From positions 875,601-939,600 of the forward strand of contig CM119267.1 in the NCBI GenBank assembly GCA_051294375.1: a stretch of DNA of 64,000 bases, read 5' to 3'. The translations under genes and the position numbers were made by a program. The notes under the pieces were generated by a model. The model was not told the DNA's origin, made no database searches, and was given only the letters and a program-made list of their open reading frames with translations. Source of the stretch: Paraspadella gotoi. Taxonomy: Eukaryota; Animalia; Chaetognatha. Shown here piece after piece: positions 39,701 to 52,000 of this stretch (position 1 is its first letter; the number at the start of each line of letters is the position of its first letter).

Positions 39701-42700
39701 CCGGGGTTACCTCAAGAAAAGCTCAAACAACACCATCAGAAGAGTTGCAGAGGCTGAGGACAAGCAGGAAAAACCAATAAACACCCAGATGAGAAGAATG
39801 TTGCTGATCAGGATCCAACCTCCAACGCCATGGCCTTCTATCAGGGCTCAATGTTCCAAAACTCAAAAACATGAAAGAAGATCTTATGGAACTAAATAAT
39901 GTTGTCAAGGCAAATTGGCGCATCAAATACAACCACAAAGAACGGCGAGAACGCTCTAGTTCCAAGAGCCATACAAAACAAGGAATCCAATGAAAGCTAC
40001 CGAAGCAAAAGTGAAAAAGAAAACAACCAAAAAGAAAAAAAGGGTGAGAGAAGCCCCATGTTTGGACATAAGCGAACATCGTGGATTTGTCTAACAAAGT
40101 TTATTTTGACTCTGAAGATAAAATTAATTCAAATAAAAACTATCTGCTGTACAACCGTACTCCCAATAAAAAATAAAAACAAATAATAATCAACAATTGC
40201 AACTACAGGAGACTTATCAAACTTTAGGAAAGAAAATCATGGAAAACGACACCAAAAATGTTGACAATGACAACAGAGACAAGTTAGAATTCTTGCTGAA
40301 ACAGCAAACAAACTCAGAGGTAAATCTACTGCCTCGAGAATGTTCAAACTATTTAAACCTCTAAAAGCCATGGAACTTGCCCTTGCCAACAAACACTTGC
40401 ATAAGCTGGGCTGGAAAGAATGGAGCCAGACTGACAGCCATGGAAAAAGGGCCATCTTAACAAGATCAAAAGCCTGTGCCAAGCTGGTTAGAAGGGCCTA
40501 CAGAGAGGCACAACAATCCGCTCCTGAGACTGGATCAGACTTCAGCACGAGCCAATCCCAGTTGCCCAACCCTTCTAAGCCTTTGGATCATGCAACAAGC
40601 AGACTAACAGGCCTAACCCAATCAGACGTGGAGACAGGCTAGGCTGAGGAAACTTCGCCCCATAGGAAGCATTAACACCCAACCTACTGTATCATAGCAG
40701 GGGACACAACGCGAGTCGCTTCACCAGGCAACCATAAGACGTGTGGAGCTTGAATGCCACCAGCCGGAAACATTCCTTATGCCACTGACTGCCAGGAGAC
40801 TAACAAGGATGAAAAGGAGATGCCAGGCCTTCCCGACCAAGTGAGCAACATCATCTTGACCCTCGAGGGGCCAGAGCCCAGAGATGACACAAATAAGGCA
40901 TGCCATACTGGTAAAAACAGCTACATACCAGCAGTGATTGCAGGCGCGCCGCCAAGCTGCCTCTATGACACCGGCGCCTCTATAAACACAGTGCCAAGAA
41001 AATTTGTAGAAAGATGGGCCCTGTCTGACAAGGTCTACCACGGCCCACCACTGCGACTCTCTACAGCTACAGGGACCATCACCTTAACAGAAAGGATCAA
41101 CCTGCGAATCATGTTTCAAAAGTGGGTACTCCGGACAGTCTTTTATGTCTCGGCTGATGAAAATGACCAAGATATTATCATTGGTACTGCCATCACAAAC
41201 CCGGGTCCCCCTGAGCAACTGTGGGTAGTACAATCCTCAAATCAAAGAAATGACCTCCAAGTTGCATCAATTGGAAACAAACCCATTACTCACCTCTTCA
41301 GGGACAAACACGAAGCCCTGAAAGCTGCAAGATGGCTAGCACGTGGAAATGTTGATGAACAGACTACCCTGCCTCTACACACCCAACGCGATAGTGAAGG
41401 AAAAACAATAATCACAGCCAGCAGACCATACTGGAAGACACTTGCAGGGTCAAGATGGGTCTTGGAATCAAAAGACGGCTCTGAGATGTACATCGCGGAT
41501 GGTGATCAACTCAGAGAAGGGATGGAGATTGATGCAGAACCTGGCCCATGGGGCTTGGCACGCCCCGTCATTACAAATGATGCCAAGAGTGAACTTGGTC
41601 TTGAGACAGACTCCACAGTTGAACCTATTCAAGCCGACATGACTGGAAAGAAGCCCCTTCTGAGAAAGATCAGAAAGGATAATATTCCTGCAACCACCAT
41701 AGTCCACCACAAACCCACTGAGGAGGAGCTCAAAGCAGTCGAGGAAGCCCGCCAAAAAAGAAGACAAAAGCACGACAATCGCGGCAAAGAGGCCTTCCTG
41801 AAACCATTCAAAGACATGACCCCAGCCTCAAGGACAAAGCACCACTAGTATGGGAAGTGGTGTGGGAATATCGAGACGTCTTTGGAGAAACCATAAATGA
41901 CTGCAAAGAGGGCTTTCTCAACTACAAGGTGGATTTGGGTTACACAGAAGAAGATCTCCCAAAGCCAAGGTTTGTGAACCAAGGCCCAGTCAAAAAGGCA
42001 GCATTAAAAAGGTACCTGGAAGTGTATGAGAAAGCAGGCATCGTGTCTAGGACAAGGAATGAAGCATACTCTAATGCCTTCCTCATCAAAAAGCCCGGAC
42101 ACATAGCCAATGGCCAAGATGAGATGAATGATGAAACTTTTGCAAAACAATGGCGCCTCATTTGCGATCTCTCATCAGTCAACAACAACATTTCTACTTA
42201 TGCCACAGAGCCTCAGACGATCACATCTATCCTGGAACAATACAAGCCCCATGAGCTGCAGTGCTCTGTAGACATTCTAGCCTGCTTCCACCAAGTCAAC
42301 TTAACTGACAGATGCAAACCAGTCACAACCTTTGCAGGAGCTGGCCACAACTGGTGGATGAATAAGCTACCAATGGGAGGGGTTAATAGCGTAAACGTCC
42401 TGCAAGCCATCCTGGATGAGATCTTCAAGGATTTGGGCACAGACATCAAAAGCTTCTTGGTATATGTCGACGACCTCATCCTCACAGCAAAATCGCCAGA
42501 AGACATGGCTGAGAGGCTTCGTGAACTACTGCAAAGATGCAGAGATGAAAATGTAGTCCTTAAGTGGACGAAGAGCGTCTTACTGCGCAAAGAGGACATC
42601 AAGATATTGGGGTTTAGCATATCTAAGAACAAACTCATGCCACAAAAGGAAAAGCTGGAAGCAGTGGAGGTAAAGCTCAAAAACATCAAGACCCAGAAAG

Positions 42701-45700
42701 AGCTCAGGGCAATTCAATGTGCCTGGCCTCGCCTCAACTTACTACAGATGTTTTTTACTCACCCGCTTCTCCTACATGGCCTAACCCCTACATGCACTTG
42801 ACCCTTCTGGACAAAAAGGACTTTCAAGCTCACCAATAAACATCTGCAGATCTGCTACAGAACCTAGTGGAAAAGAAATCAAGACCTCCGCCTGGACTAA
42901 ACTTCCTAAATGATGCCTGCGAATCAAAAAAAATGGCCACCTATCGCATTTATGCCAGATGCAAAGTACAAGCGCTATGGGTGGGCTGATCACCGCCACT
43001 GCAGATGGCATTGAATACCCCGCTAATCTTTCCATTCGAAAGTCTTTTCCAGAGGAGAGTACAGGATCAAGCACATCAACATTCTGGAAACCCTAGGCCT
43101 TCAACATGATGGTTAGGAAATTCAAGGGCTACATGTGCGCGGCAGGAGAGTCACCTTGTCACAGAATTCTCAATACTTTAAGAGAGTGTGATGGATCTCC
43201 AGCATGACAAACAGCAGCTTCTCCCTACAAATGTTCCTTCAGCATGGGGATTACTGAGATACGCCAGGAGTGTCAACCCAAGGAGGGTAATCCTTGTCAG
43301 AAGCCAGGACAACCCTGCCGACTTTCTCACACGGTTTCACAGACCAAGGCCAGGTCACTCCATTAGACACGCCCTTCTTCCCTAGCCGCGATTTTGATGT
43401 CAATGGCCAATATGAGGCGAGGCTTTGCAGGAAAATCCGGTTAGAAGGTTATGGTGCTTCCAGGATTCATCTCGACTGATCACTGGACACCGCTCCCACT
43501 CTGGCTCTCAATGGCGCCAAACTCTCCAGGAAGATACCAAAGCATTATTCTTAGAGCAAAATTCTTTGAATTTGTCTGTGCATCGGGCAAAGTTTCAATC
43601 AAAAAAAAAAGGACAACATTGCGGCGAAACTCTATGGAAGGGCCAAAGACCAAAGATGCCGACACCTTTGTATCAGACAATATTCGGCAAAGGACTGGCG
43701 AGCCTGGCCACCTGAGCTGGAACTCCTCAGTGAGATGACAGGAGTCAAAATTGTCATGATGGATGAGGATTCCCACACAGGGCCGGCTGCAAGTTTGAAT
43801 GAAAGAGTATATGGCGCCAACACATACAACAGACAAATGAAAATCTTCAGGACGCATTACAGGTCAAGTGAGGCCTCATCAGCGACCAACTCCAGCAACG
43901 CCCACTCCATACTGGTGCCATCAAGTGACGGATTTGAGGTAGCCACCCTCAGGCAACCTGGAAAGACGAGGAGGCCAAAACGGCTACAAGTCAATACCCA
44001 CCATGCTGGACGCTCTTCCAGAGACCTCGTAAACATCCAGGTGGAAACAGAAACCCAAGCCCACGCGCCGCCCCTGTGCCAGCAATTAAAAAGTGGCGAC
44101 CACTGTACAAATTGTCAAGACATCAGATCCAAAATGGGCAGGAGGGCGATTGGTCGATAGCACCCCTTGAAGCCGCACATTGATGCAAACTGAGGATGAG
44201 ATCATGGAGGAAGTCTCTAGTCCCCAGAGAGCGAGGATCGCAAAGAGAAGTCCCTATGGCTTCAGCAACAAAAATCAAGTCCCTGGCAACGCTGAAGATT
44301 GGAGACCATCCACTCTGGTGACCTGATGCTCTGAGCAAGGGCGGCGACCGCGAAGGGTGCAAAAAGAAAGAAACTGGAAAGAGAAAATGCCAAAAGAGGG
44401 CGAGAACATTGACCGAGAGGTACCTCTCCAACAGCTTTGCCGACCTTGATGTCACCGAAAATTGGGATCCTAATCATCCAAGGGTCTATAAGCAGAGACA
44501 CCCACAAGGAAAATTCGTTAGTCCCACCAAACCCGTGCCTGAACAGATCACAAACGCGGATCCACAGGCCACTTTGCGGCACCCATGGTAGAGATAGGAC
44601 GGCCTTCATAAACAGCCCAAACATTCTCTGCCTCCAGGATTATCTACCGCTTGCAGCAACAAAGTGCGTTTCAGGAAATGTTGAAAAACTGGTTTGCAAA
44701 ATCAACTGCATGGACAAAGAAAGATACAATGAAAACCCCGTCAGCGCCCAACCTTGCAGTTTGCTCCCTCGGGGCAATCCTCAGCATTGACGTGATGCAT
44801 TCTGCCCCCCGCATCGGCGATTCCACATTATGCCACTAGTTGCATCTGACAATGCATCTGCCTATACAGGTGGGACAATACCGACTACGCCGGAGCTTGA
44901 TGCCAGCATCAATTGTTAAAAGCTCTCGATGAAAAAGTTTTTCTACTACAGTGCGGCCACCTTGAAGTTAGTCAACTTTGATGTGCCACCCAACTCAATG
45001 GGCGCAGCAATGACTTTCGATCCTCAACCTGCTCTAGACACGGTCGGTAGACGTGTATTGGTTAGGACGGAAAAAAGATATAGTAACAAGGGCTTGAAGA
45101 GAGACATTTGGGGCGAATTCCGACAAGCCCTGCGCCCAAGGCCGTTGAAGATCAACCAAAAAGTGGCCTTGAACATTGCCACCAACCTAATGCTTCTCCT
45201 TTAATGCCACTCCGGATTATTGGATGGAAGACAGACATTGTCGCCACATGAGATACAATTTTCGGCACACAGACCCAGAAATCATCGAAAAGTGCAGAAT
45301 GATTCACTAAGAGAGATCTCATCGACTTTATTCGTCAGAGAGCTGACAGACAAGAGAAAGCCCAAACAAAACTAATCCTGAACAAAAAGAAACAAGCTCT
45401 ATCGCCAATCAACCAGAACAGAATCCTTACAGACGACCACAGGAAATCAAGGTTGGAGACCTGTGTGCTCACCAGGCGATGACCTCATCTATAACAGGCG
45501 CCGCCACAACCAACGGAAATAAGGTCAAACGGATTACTCTGGTCCCCACAGAGTTATTGAAAAGAACGGAATCATTACATCGTCTCTGTCGTTGGTAAAA
45601 ATATGAGATATCATAGACGCCCGCCCTAAAACTGCATACAGGCCAAGTGGGGCACCTAAGCCAGCAACGCCGTGAAAGAAACTGTAGATAAAATTGTTAG

Positions 45701-48030
45701 CTTAATTAGATAAACATGCAAAAAAAAAAAAAAACATTTGTGAAATTCAGATAAATCAGCAACGACACAAAGAAAACAAAAAAACATCGCGACCAAGACA
45801 ACAACACGAACAACAACAAACAGCTCATATCCCCATCCAACTCCGTGGCTACCGACTGACCACGCGTGCGCCGTCTCGTCTGAGGAGGGGGACGCATCAC
45901 AGATGAATAAAACGCGAACCAGAGAAAAGGATAAATTAAGGAAGAGGATTCCGGAAGAGGAAGAAGATTCTGGAATGATTTCGAAACGGAATTTTTGCGA
46001 AGCCAAATCCAGAAAAAGGAACAATAGTATTCCGGAAGAGGAAAAGAAAGGTTCCAGAAGAGGAAGAGGAGGATTCCGGAAGAGGAAACTGGCCTTCGTC
46101 ACTTGCCCATTATAAATAGCCTCTGTTTTCTGCTCTTTGATTCACTGTCCAAAAATTGACACCGTCTTCTCTTGTCTTTTTTCTGATAAATAAAATTTCC
46201 ACTTTGATTTCATAATTGAAATCCCCTGGTCTCTTTACTTAAATGTTATGATAGCCATAGCCGATCTGAAAAATTTAAATGGCTAATGTATACAGCGTTA
46301 AAAGTAATCTATCATGACCATTAGATATATGGTATTAAAAAATATTTTTTGTTTCAAAAATGCTTTCTTCTGAGGCGGTACTCGCCCTAATTAAAAAATA
46401 ATATATTACTATATAGATGAAAAAAATATTTTTTTTTTAAATCTTAAAGACATTTTTTTTTGCATGGATTCTTATAGAGCATAAAAAAGTTACAGAACAA
46501 GAAAATATAAATTACCCAGCTTTTAAAAATTCCTTAGTTTTTCCTAAAGTGAAAATATATAAAAAACTGAAAAAAATCAATTCTCCAAAATTGATTTTTT
46601 GCATTGATGATGATGATTTTTTACAGTTTTTCTATTTTTGGTACACTTATCATAAAATATTTATTAAAAAAGCAATCAATAACTTCTTTTTGTCTGTAGA
46701 CAACTTTTTTATGGAGCTATTCTGAATTTTTCTCGGTCTTAAAATTTTAAAAATTCAAAAAAAATTTTTGGGCCTTTTCCTATCTTAAATAAATATTAAA
46801 AAAAATTAATTACTAGCGCGGTATAGAGCCACATTTAAGAAATTTTTTGTCCATTGAAAAGTATTCTTAAAAAAATGTTCTAAAATATTTCGTTTAAGAA
46901 TGTACTCTCTTAAATGTTTTTGACTCACCCCAAGATTTTGAGTGCCCGGCTCCCCACTTAATGAGGAAAATAAACAACCAATATCTATTCGGTGACTCTC
47001 GAGCCAAAAAAACTACTACGCAATGTCGACCGATGGGTGTAATTTAATTGTTGTCACTTGCTTCAACATAGTCACGCCTAGCGTAATTAATGTTCCTGGG
47101 GAAAATGCCGATTGGGTCATACGTGCATAACAACAACAAACAAAAATGTAAAGTTTGATAAACTCGCGTCCAACAAAGTCACCGGAATTAAAATTAAATT
47201 CCAAGTTGGGCGACAATCTAGTATGTCGCCGAAAAATTTTAATTTTCCCTCTCGCATTTTTCCATTCCCCACTAACCCCCCCTCCTATCTTTCCTCTTCC
47301 TCTCTCCCCCCCTTTCTTTCTTTCCTTAGAATTCAGAGCGCGAAAAACACGCAATCCATTCAAAATAATTAAAATTCAGGGAAAAAAAGAATGTGCTTGA
47401 GGGGAATTGAATTATTTCCTTTTGCTCTTTCCTTTTTTTTTTTTTCTCTTTTTTTGTTCCCTTTTTTTTATTTTCTTTTTCCCTTTTTCTTTCTTTCCTT
47501 TTTCTTTTTTTTTTTTTATCTTTTCCCTGTCTCATTTTGTCTCCTGTTTGTCATTTCCTTTCTAATCTTTTCTTTTTCCTTTTATTCCCTAGATTTCGGT
47601 CTTTTTTTTCTTTCTAATTATCCTTTGTTAAACCCTTCTTAGTCTCATTTTTTCCTATTCTTCCCCTCGATTTTTTTTTTTTTTCACCACAATATTTATA
47701 AAATTTAATTAATAATATCGAGGGCTCTTCTTTTTTCCCGCTTTTTCAGTGATATTGGGAACACGATACAAAAACTGAGTTGGGTAGAATTAAGCTTTCT
47801 TTTTTCCTGTTTATTATGGTAAGGCTTCCCTTCCCATTAAAATATCGATACATAAAAAAACAATAATATTATTTTGTCATCGATTGCTTTTAGTATTTTG
47901 ACCTCTTCTTTCTCTCTCTCTCTCTCTCTCTTTCTTTTCTCTGCCCCCCCTCCCTCTACTCTTCTCTCCTCTCTGCCCCCTCTCTCCTCTCTCTCTCCCC
48001 TCTCTCTCTCTCTCTCCTCTCCCCTCTCTC

Positions 48031-48062
<32 letters not shown>

Positions 48063-48075
48063 TCTCCCTCTCCTC

Positions 48076-48125
<50 letters not shown>

Positions 48126-48972
48126 CTCTCTTTCTCTCCTCTTCTCTCTCTCTTCTCTTTTCCATGCTTCTCCGCCAAAAAACCCAGACAAAATTTGCTA
48201 TGGATGGCAAAACCATTTGCACAATTCATTGCTTTTCCCACGACCCACGCGAAAAGCAGTGTCGACTCTCCACCTTTTTTTCTTTCACCCGGGAAAATTT
48301 TAGATTGCCATTTTCTTTCTGTAAGTTATTTATTTATGTATATAAACATGTCGTCAACATGGGTAAAGAACAATGGCTTTAAATAATCTAGAAAAATTCA
48401 ATTAAAAATATTTAGAAAATAAATTTTATTTTTATTTTTTTAACCCAGGATAGATTTTCTAAGTCGCCGGACTGGCAGACTTCCTTCCTTCAGATGTGAT
48501 TGTCTCTCAGAAGTATTCCAAAGACTCGCGAAGCAATAAAGACTCACAATTCACATCGTCAAAACACATTGTAAAAAAACCGTTAAACAAAATGTATATC
48601 GTTATTCAATAAAATCTTACAAGTCGAGAGCACGACGATAAATTTTCCATCGCATTTTAATCATGAGGATACGCGATCGTTAATTTTAATTTATATTAAT
48701 AAATCTTTTATAACAGTTGCTAATCGATTTATCGAACTTACGGAGACGCTGTCCGATGCAATTTGAAAAAAATCGGAAGCGAAAAACGATCACACGAATA
48801 ACTGCCACATAACGAGATATACGTCTGACACGACACGTTCTCATGAGAGGAAGTTCGCGACGAAAAAATTTTCGACTTTCTTTTTGAGTTTGAAAAGAAA
48901 AGGTTTTTTAAAAAAAGGAAAGAATAAAAATTCCAACAAAAAGGAGAATAAAAACTCTCTTCTCTCCCTCTC

Positions 48973-49010
<38 letters not shown>

Positions 49011-52000
49011 TCTCTCTCCTCTCTCTCTTTTAACGGCGCCATATTTAGCCCACGCCCATCGAAACCGGAAGTCGTAACGGGACCGAAACGCCCTTCTTTG
49101 CTTTGGTCGGTCCGACATTTTGACAAAGGACGGACGGACGAACAACGACAACGAACAACGACAGATAACAACGAAAACGACGACGAAAAAAAACAGCGAT
49201 CCTTTTCTCGTCGTCAGCCATTTAAACTCAAAAAAAAAAAAAAACAAAAAAAAAAAACAAAAAAAAAAAAACATCATCGTTCGTGAGACGAAACGCGAAA
49301 AAATCCAAAATCATTTCTTTTATTTCGGATCGCCGAGAGCGAGTGATCAAAATTTAAAAGGAGAGCGATAGCGAGGGGCGAGTCGAATCGAACTGGATTC
49401 TCTCCTTTTCTCAACAATTAACCAATTTTAATTCTCCTTCTTACTTCTTCCTCCTCCACCACCCCAACCTCCCCTCACGGAATGATCATCTAAACCAAGA
49501 CGACACATCGAAACACAAACTGAAAGCCCGCATCGCAGACCCACATCTAACCTGGAACGAGGACCCACAACATATCCGACACATTGGTATCAACAAGGAG
49601 ACCCACACGTAGGACCCACAACGAGACCCACACGTAGGGACCCACACCAAGACCCACAACGACGCCCTACATTGAGAGCCAACTAAACGGACCCAACCAT
49701 CTCCGGAGCTCACCACCTAACTAACGACCAGCCACACCGAGATCCATAACTGCAATACCCACACCCGATACCACACCGAGACCCACACCGAAGGCCAACC
49801 ACTGGTACTACACATAACAACGAGCGAGACCACTACTTACACCCACACCGCCACCATTCTCCTCATGCCAGCAACTTGTTCGCTGCTACCCCTCGCCACA
49901 ATTTCGCTCCACCGCAAACCATCTCAGGTTGGCGTCTTTTCTTGCTGTTGATGATGCAGCTGCGTTTTTGTCTCCACCGATGCTGTGATGGCTGCATTTA
50001 CGCTGTTGATTTTTCTCTTGCTGCTGTTATTTCTGCTGATGTTGAGAATGCCTGATAGAGAATGGTATTTGGTTCCGCATACATTAAAGTGATTCTCTCT
50101 ACGTATATTTNNNNNNNNNNNNNNNNNNNNNNNNNNNNNNNNNNNNNNNNNNNNNNNNNNNNNNNNNNNNNNNNNNNNNNNNNNNNNNNNNNNNNNNNNN
50201 NNNNNNNNNNTTTTTCGGTCTTTACAAATACAACACTTCTCGATGTTCGACCTTCTTTCAGCAAATCTTTGGCGCTACAAATTCAAGAGAACGTTGACTC
50301 TGAGTTTTCGGTTCTTCCCTGATAGAGTATATGTGCCATTAGTGCAATAGTTGCGGGCATGTCCCGTCACAAGTCAATGGTCTCTGGTTTCATTCTCTGG
50401 TCTGTGTTCAGGAATATAGGGGTTACCCGTTTGTTAGAAGCCTAGGGTCACTCTCGGCAAAGCCAGGTTCATATGCCTCTAAGCCATTGAGACATCAAAG
50501 CCCGCTTGGAAAGAAGGGGGTGTCCTAAGTGGTAGTGACTTGACCCTGTTCTGTGAGCGTGTGAGGAAGTCTGCCAGGATTTGTCCTCACTTTTGACAGT
50601 AATGACTTCCTTGGCTGGCATCTACCTGGCAGGAGTATCCTCTGTATCCAATCTTAAAAAATACTTGTCTGGCAGAACAGTTGCTGAGCCTGTCATGGCT
50701 GAAAGGTCCATACACTCTCTTAAAATATTGTGAGTCACCGTGACACAGTAGTGGACCCTCTCCTCTCCTACATGTGTAGCCCCTATGACCACTTCCCTGA
50801 CACAATGCCATGAATTGAAGAGCGCATGGAGGTCTCAGAATATTCTCAATAATGTATTATCACTAATAAAATTCTTCATGGAAATGACTTGGAGTGAAAG
50901 GTATAGGAGGATTACTCCGAACACTCATCCAGCAGTGGCCAGCTGAATTCAACGCCACCCAATTTGCACCTTGTAGCTGGGCATCTGGCCGTAAGATTTC
51001 TGTATGTTTCGCATGGTTTGAATGCGGAGTTCATTCAGGAAGTTTAGGAGCACCAGGCGAAGGATTTTTGAACTCCTCCTACCAGATTAGCTGCAAGCAT
51101 TTGCAGGTGCTCATCTGTAGAGATTACTGAAGTCCCTTTTTATCTAAGAGGTGTCAGTGCGGTGAAGTGGCAGGGACCATGTACGTTAAAGCGGTGGGTA
51201 AAGAACATCTGTGAGTAAGTTTATGGGAACGCCCAGCATTGAGCCAGCTTAGGTTCTTTTTGGGATTTATTGCAGTTTCTGTGAGGCTTCCGAGCCTGCG
51301 CACTGTCCTCTAAAGCTTATTTCGGTTTTGAGGAGGCGTTGAAGCTAGGTTCGTTGGATATGCTGAATCCACAAGAGGATACTTGATGATCCTCTTGCGA
51401 ATAGACGAGGACGGCTCTTGGTTCCACGTTGAAGGACCAGCATCTTTCGTAACCTAGCATTTTTGCAGCACGATCACCGGAGCCATTGCCCGCCATAGGT
51501 CTTCCGGGTGACTTAGCTGTGAGGATGAGGTCATCAACATAGATCAAAAAAACATTATTTGACATCGGTGCCCAAGTCACCTTAAAAGATTGTCAAATCC
51601 AGGATGGCCTGGAGGACGGTTGACACTGGTTGACCGCCTCAATTGGTAATGCCTTGTTTCACTCCAACCAATTGTGAACCAGCTCCAGCAAAAGGTTGTA
51701 ACGGGACTTAGATCTGTTCACGTCAGATTCTACCCTGGTGGAAGCGAGGCGAGGAATATCACTGAACACTGAAGCTCATGTGGCTTGTACCTGCTTTCAA
51801 GGATTGATGCAATTGTTTGGGGTTATCGGCTGGCATAGTGTGGAGATAGTTGGGTTATTCACTGCTGAGTAGGGTCGGCAGAAATCGAGCCTCCCCATTG
51901 ACTCTGGCAAATGTTTCGTCATTCATACTCATCTTGAGCCTTCAAGCGTATTAATGTCCCGTCCGGCTTCTTGATGAGAAAAGGCATTGAAATAGTGCCT

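Larger units (their letters stand above)
38371..46239 (+). mobile_element. Ty3/Gypsy LTR retrotransposon, near full length, frameshifted or noisy
   Basis: LTR-like repeats at 38371-38679 and ~45840-46239. Gag-like fragments 38760-40640, protease LYDTGASINTV (40754-41848), RT WRLICDL..LPMGGVNS..YVDDLIL (41857-42801), RNase H NPADFLTR (~43310), and integrase fragments 44400-45650 (order PR-RT-RH-IN). Confidence 0.9.

Noticed and set aside
38760-45650. Frameshifts and stops in Gypsy gag-pol as programmed recoding
   Set aside because: They are too numerous and scattered, which fits decay or unpolished long-read errors in a region next to N gaps.
47874-49371. Long ER/SL-repeat ORFs
   Set aside because: They are translations of (GA)n microsatellites and poly-A/T runs with no protein signal.
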